Source: Planctomycetota bacterium (lineage in GTDB: Bacteria; Planctomycetota; SZUA-567; H5-PLA8). Taken from it: a DNA stretch of 25,831 nucleotides. The notes under the pieces were generated by a model. It made no database searches. It was not told the origin of the DNA and worked only from the letters and a program-made list of their open reading frames with translations. Made by a program: the position numbers and the translations under genes. The stretch is from positions 1 through 25,831 of the forward strand of contig BTVV01000086.1 of assembly GCA_045863855.1 (NCBI GenBank), given 5' to 3'. This document shows, in pieces, positions 8,011 to 16,900 of this stretch. Numbering within the stretch: the stretch's first letter is position 1; each line of letters starts with the position of its first letter.

Positions 8011-9921
8011 TTACACGCGAACCGATTGCTGCCAGTCTTTGTCCGGCATCGGATAGTGTTCCAGCACTTCCTGCAAAGCGTCGAGCCGCCTCAGCCCGTA
8101 GGCCAGGTTGCAATTGAGGTGCTCCTCGACCGCGCTGTCGAGGCACATGTGCTTCGACGCAAGCCGGAAGTTGTTCACCAAATCGCCCGCTTTGGCCTTC
8201 AGGTCTTCCACGCGGAAGCGCAAGCGCCCAGTGCTGAACGGATCGGCTTGGCCGGACTGGATATTGAGATAATCGGAGGCCACCGCCTTATCGAACCGGT
8301 CGACGTAATGGTCGAACGCGCTCAGGCTCAGCCACGTGTCCAGAAACGTCAGTGTTTTGCGGTTACGCCGGCATTTATCGAATACCTCGTGGATCAGATC
8401 CCGGGCCTCGCGCGCGTAGTCCCGCAACTGGCAGTCGTAAACGCCCCACAACCGTTCCTGGTCCACGCGTTCCTTGATGCCGTGAAACCGCGCGCCGTAG
8501 CGCAGCAGGAATTCCTGGCGCGTGACCTGCTTCCGCCCGCCCCACGAGCGCTCCGACGCATATAGTAGCGCCGGCCAAGCCAGATCCGCTGGCGCCAATT
8601 GAGGTCCCAGTGAAGTCTCGCGCGTGTAGGCCGTCGTCAACAGTCCGCCGATCAGGCCCAGATCCGCGGCCTCGGACCACGCGTCTAGACCGTCGAATGC
8701 CTCGTACTTAAAGGAGGGCTGCCGCGCCACCACGCCCCAAGCCGATCGATCTAGCTTCTTGTAACGGTCCAGCGCCGTGAGCATCGTCTGGCCCGGGCGA
8801 CCGGCATTGGAAGGGTAATCGTTGAGCAGCAGTAGAACTTCCGGCGGCAGCCACTTGATCTGCTCGTCCGTCATCTCACGGATCTGTTCGTCCCACATCA
8901 GGACGCCTTGGCTGCGGCCGGATAAATACCGCGCGGCCTTGCCGAAATGCTCCAGGTACAGCGACGAGCGCCCGCCGATCTGCCGCGCGCGGGCCTGGCA
9001 GGCAGCGCAATGCCCGAGGAATCGCGTGTGGTCGCCGCCCACGTGGAACAGACCGCCGCTATGGCACGCCAGAAGGTCTTCGGCCATCGCCGTGAAAATT
9101 TCCAGCGTCGACGGATGGCTGGGGCAGAACATCTGCAGATAGCGCGGGTCCTCGCGCAGTTCCTTATACGGATCGTGGCGCAGCACGTACCCCACGTTGC
9201 CCAGCGCGTTTAGGAGCGGGATCAGCAGAATGCCGCGCTCCTTGGCCATCGCATCGAGGCTCTGAATGTAGTTGGGCGGCAACGCGCCTTGTGCCGACAG
9301 GCCCGGTTGCGAATTGTACGAAAAATAGTCCTCGTACTCCAAGATCACCGTGTTGAATTTATAGTGGCTGAGCTTGTCGATTAGCGATTCGAGGTATTCG
9401 CGCTTCGGCGGCCAGCCTTTGAAATCCAAGTGAACCGCGCGGACGGGCAGCAGCGGGCCGTCTTCGATGATCAGCCCCGGGATATCGCCGCGGTCTTCGG
9501 CGATCTGCTGCAACGTCTGCCCCGCGTAATAGAAACCGTTCTCGTCGGCCGCTTCGATCAACACGCCGTCTTCCTGAACCGTCATGCGGTAGCCTTCGGG
9601 CTTGCGGCCCGGGCCGCGCATCGGGCGGGGATTGCGCGACCAGGAACGCGGCACGCTGGGTGAGGTGGTCAGGAAGCCCTGGTTCGCGAGCAACACGTCG
9701 CTGGTTTGAAGCTGTGTGCGCGTGCCCAGGTCGGTGATCTGTTCGGCAATGATCTTCGCGCGCGCGCGAAAGCCCGGCAGCGGCGCGGCGGATAAATGCA
9801 GGAATAAACTGGGGGGCAAGCGCCAAGGCGCGCCGTGAGGGCTGATGGACAACGGCTGCGGCAGCAGATTCAGTTCCGCGCCAAAGCCCGCGGCGTTGCC
9901 TTCGGTTCCCGTCAGCGGCAT
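8011..9921 (-). CDS. Glycoside hydrolase family 20-like protein (GH20 domain 2 + TIM barrel) with the catalytic Glu replaced by His
   Basis: LLPQP; EGYRMTVQEDGVLIEAADENGFYYAGQTLQQI (GH20b-like); RAVHLDFKG; KFNTVILEYED; LIPLLNALGN; FHVGGDH; LMWDEQ. Confidence 0.85.
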   Translation of the reverse strand: MPLTGTEGNAAGFGAELNLLPQPLSISPHGAPWRLPPSLFLHLSAAPLPGFRARAKIIAEQITDLGTRTQLQTSDVLLANQGFLTTSPSVPRSWSRNPRPMRGPGRKPEGYRMTVQEDGVLIEAADENGFYYAGQTLQQIAEDRGDIPGLIIEDGPLLPVRAVHLDFKGWPPKREYLESLIDKLSHYKFNTVILEYEDYFSYNSQPGLSAQGALPPNYIQSLDAMAKERGILLIPLLNALGNVGYVLRHDPYKELREDPRYLQMFCPSHPSTLEIFTAMAEDLLACHSGGLFHVGGDHTRFLGHCAACQARARQIGGRSSLYLEHFGKAARYLSGRSQGVLMWDEQIREMTDEQIKWLPPEVLLLLNDYPSNAGRPGQTMLTALDRYKKLDRSAWGVVARQPSFKYEAFDGLDAWSEAADLGLIGGLLTTAYTRETSLGPQLAPADLAWPALLYASERSWGGRKQVTRQEFLLRYGARFHGIKERVDQERLWGVYDCQLRDYAREARDLIHEVFDKCRRNRKTLTFLDTWLSLSAFDHYVDRFDKAVASDYLNIQSGQADPFSTGRLRFRVEDLKAKAGDLVNNFRLASKHMCLDSAVEEHLNCNLAYGLRRLDALQEVLEHYPMPDKDWQQSVRV

Positions 9922-9959
9922 AGATGGCCTTTAGCGTTTACTCGCACCCCGACGATGCG

Positions 9960-9988
9960 GGCATACCAAATCAATGCAAGCCGGTCAA
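9960..9988 (-). promoter_or_regulatory. Possible promoter for the GH20-like gene
   Basis: Minus strand: TTGACC (9988-9983), 17 nt ending TGG, TATGCC (9965-9960). The -10 lacks the final T. Confidence 0.35.
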
Positions 9989-10030
9989 TGGCGGTAAGAC
10001 GTACGGCCGGTCATCGGCCCAGCGCGCGCC

Positions 10031-10876
10031 TCATCCGCGCGCCAGCGCCACGGCCCGCACCTCGCCCACCCCCGCTTCGCGCAGCGTCCGCGCACACTCG
10101 CTCACGGTGCTCCCGGTCGTGATGACGTCGTCCAGCACCAGCACCGCGAAGTCGGAAAGCATGGCGCATGCCGCCTTGTCCGCCACAAAGGCTCCGCGCA
10201 GATTTTGGCGGCGCGCGTCTGCATTTAGGGTCGCTTGGGGCGGCGTGGAACGTACTTTTTTCAACAATTCCGTACGTATCGGAACGCCCAAGGCCGCGCC
10301 CAGTACGAGCGCCAGTTCTTCCGACTGGTTAAAGCCGCGCCGCCGCCGGTCAGCCTCGACCAGCGGAACAGGCACGATCCCCTTAAGCGGGCGCTTGCCC
10401 GCATCCAACCCCGTCGCGCGAACCTGCTCCGCCAGGAGTCGGCCGTAAAGCCCCACGGCCTGCAACCCGGCGCTGAATTTGAGCGCCAATATCGCGCTGC
10501 GCAGCGGCTCTTCGTAACAGGCCAGCGTACAGGTCGCCGTCACGTACACCGGCGGATGCGTGGCGCAACTGGGGCAGCCGTCCACCGCTCCGCGCCCCTG
10601 CCCCACTCGGTCACCGCAGCGCATGCAGCGATCCGCGCCAATCCATTCGATCCGCTCCGCGCAGCCCAGACACAGCGCCCGATTGGGACCGACCGGCAGC
10701 GGCGTCCCGCAGCTCATGCAATGCGGCGGATAAAGCAGCGCCGCCGCCGCGTCCAAACCGCGCCGCGCCTGTTCCATGGTGCGCCGCGCCCACGGGCCTT
10801 CCGGCGCGCGCGGAGGCAGCAGCCACGCCGAGTACCGCTCCGGCCAGGCGGGGCGTCGAACGGGAGCTTCAGTCAC
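10031..10876 (-). CDS. comF: ComF family protein (double zinc ribbon + phosphoribosyltransferase fold)
   Basis: LLYPPHCMSC..LCLGC..RCMRC..CPSC; IVPVP; RRRGFNQSEELA; VLVLDDVITTGSTVSECARTL. GTG start overlaps the yjbQ stop. Confidence 0.92.
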   Translation of the reverse strand: MTEAPVRRPAWPERYSAWLLPPRAPEGPWARRTMEQARRGLDAAAALLYPPHCMSCGTPLPVGPNRALCLGCAERIEWIGADRCMRCGDRVGQGRGAVDGCPSCATHPPVYVTATCTLACYEEPLRSAILALKFSAGLQAVGLYGRLLAEQVRATGLDAGKRPLKGIVPVPLVEADRRRRGFNQSEELALVLGAALGVPIRTELLKKVRSTPPQATLNADARRQNLRGAFVADKAACAMLSDFAVLVLDDVITTGSTVSECARTLREAGVGEVRAVALARG

Positions 10877-11267
10877 CGCACACCTTCACATGGACGTTGC
10901 GCCGGCGCGGGCCATCGAACTCGCAAAAGTAAATGCCCTGCCACGTGCCGAGGAGCAGTTTGCCGTCGCGGACCAGCACCGTCGCACTGTGCCCCATCAG
11001 GCTCGATTTCACGTGCGCCGCGCTGTTCCCTTCGCCGTGCCTGAAAAACGGCTGCTCCCACGGGACCATGCGGTCGAGCATCGCGAGCATGTCGCTCTTC
11101 ACGGTCGGATCGGCGTTCTCGTTGATCGTCACGCCGGCCGTCGTGTGCGGGATGTACACGATCGCTTGCCCGCTGGCGACGCCGCTTCGGCGCACCGCCG
11201 CCTGCACTTCGTCAGTGATCTCGCGGAACTCGTCGCGTTGAGCGGTTCGGATCTCGAAGGTTTCCAT
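10869..11267 (-). CDS. yjbQ: YjbQ/UPF0047 family protein (secondary thiamine-phosphate synthase)
   Basis: PHTTAGVTINENADPTV, HGEGNSAAHVKSSL, LGTWQGIYFCEFDGPR. Start moved to ATG 11267, downstream of GGAAAGG. Confidence 0.95.
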   Translation of the reverse strand: METFEIRTAQRDEFREITDEVQAAVRRSGVASGQAIVYIPHTTAGVTINENADPTVKSDMLAMLDRMVPWEQPFFRHGEGNSAAHVKSSLMGHSATVLVRDGKLLLGTWQGIYFCEFDGPRRRNVHVKVCGD

Positions 11268-11283
11268 CGCCGGCCTTTCCGCG

Positions 11284-11751
11284 TCAGGTCGTCTCGGGCG
11301 GCAGCGCGCGCGCTTCGCGGAGTTTGCGGGCCGCACGTTCTTCCACGTACGACTCCAACAGCAGCGCCGCGGCCACCGCATCCACCCGCGCTTTGCGCTT
11401 CTTCCGCGTCAGGCCCAATGCGCCGATCTTCTGTTGAGCCGAATAACTCGTCAGGCGCTCGTCGCTGAAGTCCACCGGCAGCCCCGTCGCGGATGCCACT
11501 TCGGCTCCGAACGCGCGCGCGGACTTCGCCGCCGGGCCTTCGCTGTCGTTCATGTTGATCGGCAAGCCCACCACGATGCCCACGCACTGCCGGTCCCGCG
11601 CCAGCGCGGCGATCTCTTGCAGCAGCCGGTCTCTCGGCTCGGCGTCGAGGTAGCAGACCGGATGCACCGTGCCCAGCAGCGATGCGCTGGCTACACCCAC
11701 GCGCACGGTGCCAGGATCGAGTCCCAGCAACGGTCCTTCGGGCAGGTTCAT
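11284..11751 (-). CDS. ruvX: Holliday junction resolvase-like / pre-16S rRNA nuclease RuvX (YqgF)
   Basis: LLGLDPGTVRVGVA, IVVGLP, DERLTS, VDAVAAALLLESY. True start ATG 11751 overlaps the upstream stop (ATGA). Confidence 0.93.
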   Translation of the reverse strand: MNLPEGPLLGLDPGTVRVGVASASLLGTVHPVCYLDAEPRDRLLQEIAALARDRQCVGIVVGLPINMNDSEGPAAKSARAFGAEVASATGLPVDFSDERLTSYSAQQKIGALGLTRKKRKARVDAVAAALLLESYVEERAARKLREARALPPETT

Positions 11752-13691
11752 GCGTGCCCCTCGCGCTTCGAAAAGATCGCCAAACCGCTCGAAAAATCGA
11801 GCCGGAAGACGACCCCGCCCGGACACGGAAAGTCGTAGCTGCTGCGCAATTCGAAATCGTCCTCCGTGTCGCGGCGCTGGTGGCGCAGGAGATCGTCGGC
11901 CAGGAGTTCGGTCTGCTCTTGCCGTGTCGTGACCGGCCGCAGGAAATGGTCTCCGCCGTGGATAAACCGCACGATCGTATCTTTGCCGGCGGCGTTCAAG
12001 GCTTGAGCCAGTTCGCGCATGTGCGAATCCGGCACGGACGCATCGGCCGTCCCGTGGAAGAGCACCACCGGACAGGAGATGCGAGAGACCCACCGCCGCG
12101 CATCGCGAATTGCAAATCCCGCTTCGCCCGTGGGCTCGGCCAGACGCGCCACGTTCTCGGGCCGGATATACGCCGGTCCGCAGGCGTTGATGCAAAGCGC
12201 AAACGTGCCGGGCGCGTAAGCTGCGCAAAGCGTCGCCATATGTCCGCCCTGGCTGCCGCCCCACGCTAAAGTGCGCCGCGTATCCGCTTGCGCGTACTTC
12301 AAATGCGCCGCACGTAGCGCGTTCAAAGCGTCCAGCGTTTGCAGATGATTGAAATCGTACGGCTCGACGGTGCCTTTACCCGTCTCGGGGTTCGCATCGA
12401 GGCCGCTGCCGCGGTACTCGGGCGAGATGCAAATCAAATTGTAGCGCGCAGCCCAGCGTTCCATCGCGTCCTTGTACTGCATGCGCGAGTTACCGTGCCC
12501 GTGCAGTACGAGCATGAAGCCCGTCTCCGCGCTCAAGCGCCGCGGTTCGGCGATCAGCACGTCGATCGAACGCCCCGCGCTGGGCGCTTGCAGTTCGCTG
12601 AATACCACCGCCGGTTTGCGCTGCGCAATCTCCTTCACGAGCTGGTCGTGGGCGAGGTCCGCCACGAGCAGCCCTTCGCGGTCCTCGACGATAGCCAGAT
12701 GGCTCACTCCGATCAGCGCCACGCGCCGCCCTCGCGCGAAGACCACATTGTCGGTCGCGTTGATCGCCTCGAGGTGGACGTTCGGGCCGGTCGCGTTGGC
12801 CGAATCCTTCGCGCCCAACTGGCCGCGTATGGCGCTCCACGAACCGATATCGTCCCATTCGAAGTCCGCCGCCACCGTGGCGACCCGCTTCGCGTGTTCC
12901 ATGATGCCGAAGTCGATGCTGGTCTTGCGCAACTCGGGGTAGCAGTGCTTCGCGGCTTCGTTCCATTGTTCGCGTGTCGCCGTGGCCGCCAGCCGCTTGA
13001 CCATGTCGCCGTGCCCAGGAAGCTGCGCCGCGAAATTTTCCAGCAGCGCCGGAAGAGGGAACGCGAAGATGCCACCGTTCCAATAGTATGCGCCGCTTTC
13101 GAGGTACTGGCGCGCCGTGGCTTCATCGGGCTTCTCTTTAAACGCCAGAACCTCGAACGCCTGCGGTGCGCCTTCGGCCGCCCCCGAAACTTCAAGCGGA
13201 GCCCCGCGCTGCACGTACCCGTAACCCGTAGCCGGATGCTTCGCCACGATCCCGAACGTAACGAGCGTCCGATGCTGAACCGCGGCGCGCGCCGCCACCT
13301 CCACGCATTCCTTAAAACGCGCGAGCGGGCGAATCACCTGATCGCCGGGCAGCACCAGCAGTACGCCGCTCGGATCGATCTGCTGCACCCGCGCCGCGGC
13401 AAACGCGACGGCCGCGGCGGTATCGCGCAGCACCGGCTCGATCAAAAGGTGATCGCGCGGCAGATCGGGCAGCGACTCGCGGATTGGACGCTCGTGGATG
13501 TCCCCGGCGACCACGAAGCCTTGGGCCGCCGGAGCGACCGCGCGAGCCCGCGCCCAAGCCATCTGCAACAGGCTTTCGTCGCCCAGAAGGCGCAGATCCC
13601 ACTTGGGGCGGCGGTGATCGGAAAGCGGCCAAAGCCGGGAAGACGCACCTCCGGCGAGGATGACCGGATACACAGCTGGCGTTGGCTGCAT
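11748..13691 (-). CDS. Fusion: mannose-1-phosphate guanylyltransferase (ManC-type NTP transferase) + C-terminal alpha/beta hydrolase
   Basis: N-half: VILAGG..RLWPLS...PK, EP..RDTA, TGYGY, FKEKP, WNGGIF, SIDFGIME, WDDIGSW. C-half: VLHGHG, EYRG, WGGSQGG nucleophile elbow, FHGTAD, GGDH. One continuous frame; start taken at ATG 13691. Confidence 0.9.
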   Translation of the reverse strand: MQPTPAVYPVILAGGASSRLWPLSDHRRPKWDLRLLGDESLLQMAWARARAVAPAAQGFVVAGDIHERPIRESLPDLPRDHLLIEPVLRDTAAAVAFAAARVQQIDPSGVLLVLPGDQVIRPLARFKECVEVAARAAVQHRTLVTFGIVAKHPATGYGYVQRGAPLEVSGAAEGAPQAFEVLAFKEKPDEATARQYLESGAYYWNGGIFAFPLPALLENFAAQLPGHGDMVKRLAATATREQWNEAAKHCYPELRKTSIDFGIMEHAKRVATVAADFEWDDIGSWSAIRGQLGAKDSANATGPNVHLEAINATDNVVFARGRRVALIGVSHLAIVEDREGLLVADLAHDQLVKEIAQRKPAVVFSELQAPSAGRSIDVLIAEPRRLSAETGFMLVLHGHGNSRMQYKDAMERWAARYNLICISPEYRGSGLDANPETGKGTVEPYDFNHLQTLDALNALRAAHLKYAQADTRRTLAWGGSQGGHMATLCAAYAPGTFALCINACGPAYIRPENVARLAEPTGEAGFAIRDARRWVSRISCPVVLFHGTADASVPDSHMRELAQALNAAGKDTIVRFIHGGDHFLRPVTTRQEQTELLADDLLRHQRRDTEDDFELRSSYDFPCPGGVVFRLDFSSGLAIFSKREGHA

Positions 13692-13866
13692 GGTCTGCCC
13701 TTTGTGCCTTGAGGCCGCCGACGGAGGCTCCCGTGTATCTCTAACCATTGTACAGCATTGAAGCTAGAACAGGAACGCCAGCACAAAACTGAGCCCCGAA
13801 CCTGCCTTTTGCAACGGTAGCCTTTCCTGCGCCCGTTTTGGGGCAGAAACCGCACCTGTCCGGCCT

Positions 13867-13872
13867 TATAAT
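13867..13872 (+). promoter_or_regulatory. Possible -10 box for the pseudokinase gene in the divergent intergenic region
   Basis: Perfect TATAAT in an AT-richer patch ~100 nt upstream of ATG 13972, with no recognisable -35. A TACAAT on the minus strand (13752-13747) could serve the manC-fusion operon. Confidence 0.3.
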
Positions 13873-13971
13873 TTCCAATTGCGCATTTGGGCTCGAAAAC
13901 AGCTTCGGAACGTGTGCATTCGTTGCCGGAGCGACTTGAAGTTGCAAACGTGTCTAAAGGCAAAGGCGTCC

Positions 13972-16900
13972 ATGGCTGACATTCGCGACAGTCTCTTCGG
14001 ATCGTTGGCGGTGCGCGGGCATTTTGTGCTCGACGAACAGATCCGCGAAGCGCTCGATCTGCAACGGCAATTCGAGACCGCTGGCGACCGCGTGCCGCAT
14101 TTGGGCGAGATCCTGGTCAGCAAAGGCTACATGACGCCCGAGCAGGTCCAGGCGGTCTTGCAGGGCCAAGGCGCTCCGCAGGGCGCGAAATTCGGCCAAG
14201 TGGCCGTGCAGTGGCACCTGACCCGCCCCGAAGATGTGGAATCGGCACTCGAACATCAGCGCATCACCAAGGCGCAAGGCCAGCGCCCTATGCGCATCGG
14301 CGAAATCCTGATCACGCGCGGACAGCTCAAGCCGCACCAGGTCAAAGCCGTCCTTGCGGCGCAAGGCAAAGCCATCGTCGTCTGCACCGGTTGCGGCGCG
14401 CGCTACAACGCGAAGAACGTCCACGAAGGCACCTCGATCACTTGCCCGCGCTGCCAAGTCGTATTCGTCCCGATGCCTTCGGCCGTCTCGCAGCGCCTGA
14501 AGGCGATCAAACCCAACGCGCCTTCGCGCTACTCCGACGATGTCCGAGCCGATATCACCGTGGCCGTTCCCGCGATCCGGCCGCCGGGCGGGCAGAACCT
14601 TTCCCAGCAGCAGATCGGCAGCTACCAGCTTCTGCAGCGCCTCGGCGTCGACCACAGCGGCGAATTGTATAAAGCCTTCCATCCGCAGACCGGCGGCACG
14701 GTGGTCATCCGCGTGCTCCTGCCGCATATCATGCAGAGCCCCGAAGAGTTCGAACTCTGGACCGAAGCCAGCGAAGCCGCGGCGGAACTGAATCACCCCA
14801 ACCTGCAGCGCACCATCGCGCTGGGCAACGAAGGCGGCCGCGCCATCGTCGTCAACGAGTACATCGAAGGGCAGTCGCTGCGCCAGCGACTCGAGCAGCG
14901 TGGTCGGCTCCCCTACCTCGAAGCGGTGGACATCCTGATCCAGAGCGCCGAAGCGCTGGCTTACGGACACAGCCACGATCTGATTCACGGCGACCTGCGC
15001 CCCAGCCACATCCTGATTGGACTCGACGGCCGCGTACGCGTGAGCGGATTGGGCACACCCAAGCAGGTCTATCAGGATCTCAAACTGATGGCGTCCAGCA
15101 GCGGCAAGGTACCGGTCTACGCGCCGCCGGAAGTCCTGATCGAAGAAGAATCCGGAGACGGCCGTTCGGATATCTACAGCCTCTGCGCGATCGGCTACCA
15201 CACGATCACCGGACGCGGACCGCAGGACGGCAGCGACGTGATGCAGGTGGGCTTCCGCCTGGCCAGCCAGGACATTCCCGCGCCGCGCACCGTCGATCCC
15301 CATCTCCCGCCGTACCTGAACCGGCTTCTGATCAAGGGTTTGCTGCCCGAACCCGACGAGCGCTACCAAACGATCGAAGAACTGCTCAGCGATCTGCGCA
15401 AGTGCCGCGCGGGGCTTCTGATTCAGGCGCCCGACGTGGCCGAAGTGGCCAGCGAAATCAAGCCCGGCGTGCCTCGCGCGCGCCGCCCGCGGGCCACGCG
15501 GGCGCGCCAGGTGCGCCGTATGGGCACCTACAAGCGCCGCGCACACGGGGGGCACGTCCGCCGCAGCCGCACCGGTTCGCGTGCCAATCCCACGCGCAGC
15601 GGAACGTACCCCGGCGCCACCGGCTCGGGGCTGCGTCCGGCCGCCGGACCGCCCGGCTCCAGCGCCACCAATCCGGCCGTATTCGCGGGATCTTCGCCGC
15701 ATCTGCCCGCCACCAGCAACGCGCGCACGCGCGCGGTGACGGGATCGTCTGCGAACATGAATCAGGAAGCCGACGCCGCGCTGCAAGCGTTCATGCAGGA
15801 AGCGCCGGTGGCGCCGGATCACGGGGCCTTTACGCCTGCGGGACCGGCGGCGCCGGTTCAGCCCGCCGCTCAGCGCCGCCGCCCGCGCCGCGGGGATCAG
15901 CCGCTGCATACCTCCGAGGACGTCGAAGTCAGCCCAGCCACCACGCTGGCCCTGATCGTGCTGCTCCTGGTGCTGGTCATGGGCGGACTGTGGTTGCTGC
16001 GCGGCGGCGCTCCGGCTCAGGATGCGCAGGACGGCGAACAGCTTGCCGTGGAAGAACTTCCGCTGGGCCAGAAGCCGCCGGAGACGCCCCAAGAACGCCC
16101 GCTCGACCGTCAGGCGCGCGCCGATTGGGACATCATGGTCGGCAAGCATCTCGAAGCGCAGCCCGAAGACCACCAAGGCATTATCGAGCGGATCGACCAG
16201 TTCGTGCGCAAGTACCGCGACGCCAAGCCGGCGGTGGCCGAGCAGGCCAAAGCTCTGGAACTCCGCGCGCAGCACGGTAAGGCTGGCGTGCTCAAGACCT
16301 TGCCCGATCTCCAGGCCCAACTCGACGCGCTGGGAAAGGGCTACCGCTTCCGCGAGGCCGACGCCGAAGTCGGGCGCTGGCTGGCGCTGTGGGGTGAAGC
16401 CGCCGCGCAGGAGCACGCGACTCAGGAACGCGAACGGCTCAAGCAGCGCGAGCAGGCCTTGGCCGAGGAACTCCTGCGCAAAGCCGCCGAACTGCGGGGG
16501 CAAGAAGACTGGGAAGGCGCGCGCGACCTGTACAAGACGGTGCTGGAGCACTTCGATCCGGCGTTGGCCGCACGAGCGCGAGAAGAACGGAACAAGACCG
16601 ACGAAGCCGAGCGCGAAGCCAAGGCTCAAGCGGCCCTCGATGCCGAACGCACGCGCCGCCTGAAAGAAGCCGCGGATCGCGAAGCTGCGGCACCGGGCAA
16701 ACTCGAACAATTGGTCGAATCGCTGGATCAGCCCTTGCCCCTGCTCGACTTGGAAGCCGCAGGAAAGCTTCTGGCCGATACCGAGCCGCACATCACCGGG
16801 ACCAGCGTGGGACCACGTTTGGCCGCCGTGAAGAAGGACCTCTCCCGCTTGGCGGCTTTGCGCGAGCGGATCGTCAAATCCGCCAAGGAGGGGAAGCAGC

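Noticed and set aside
11752..12264. N-terminal extension of the ruvX ORF (likewise the yjbQ, PhyH and kinase ORF extensions)
   Set aside because: These run through neighbouring genes or promoter regions; family motifs and SD or ATGA coupling point to downstream starts
13954..16791. 945-aa minus-strand ORF
   Set aside because: Antisense shadow of the pseudokinase gene with no recognisable motifs; long stop-free antisense frames are expected in high-GC coding DNA
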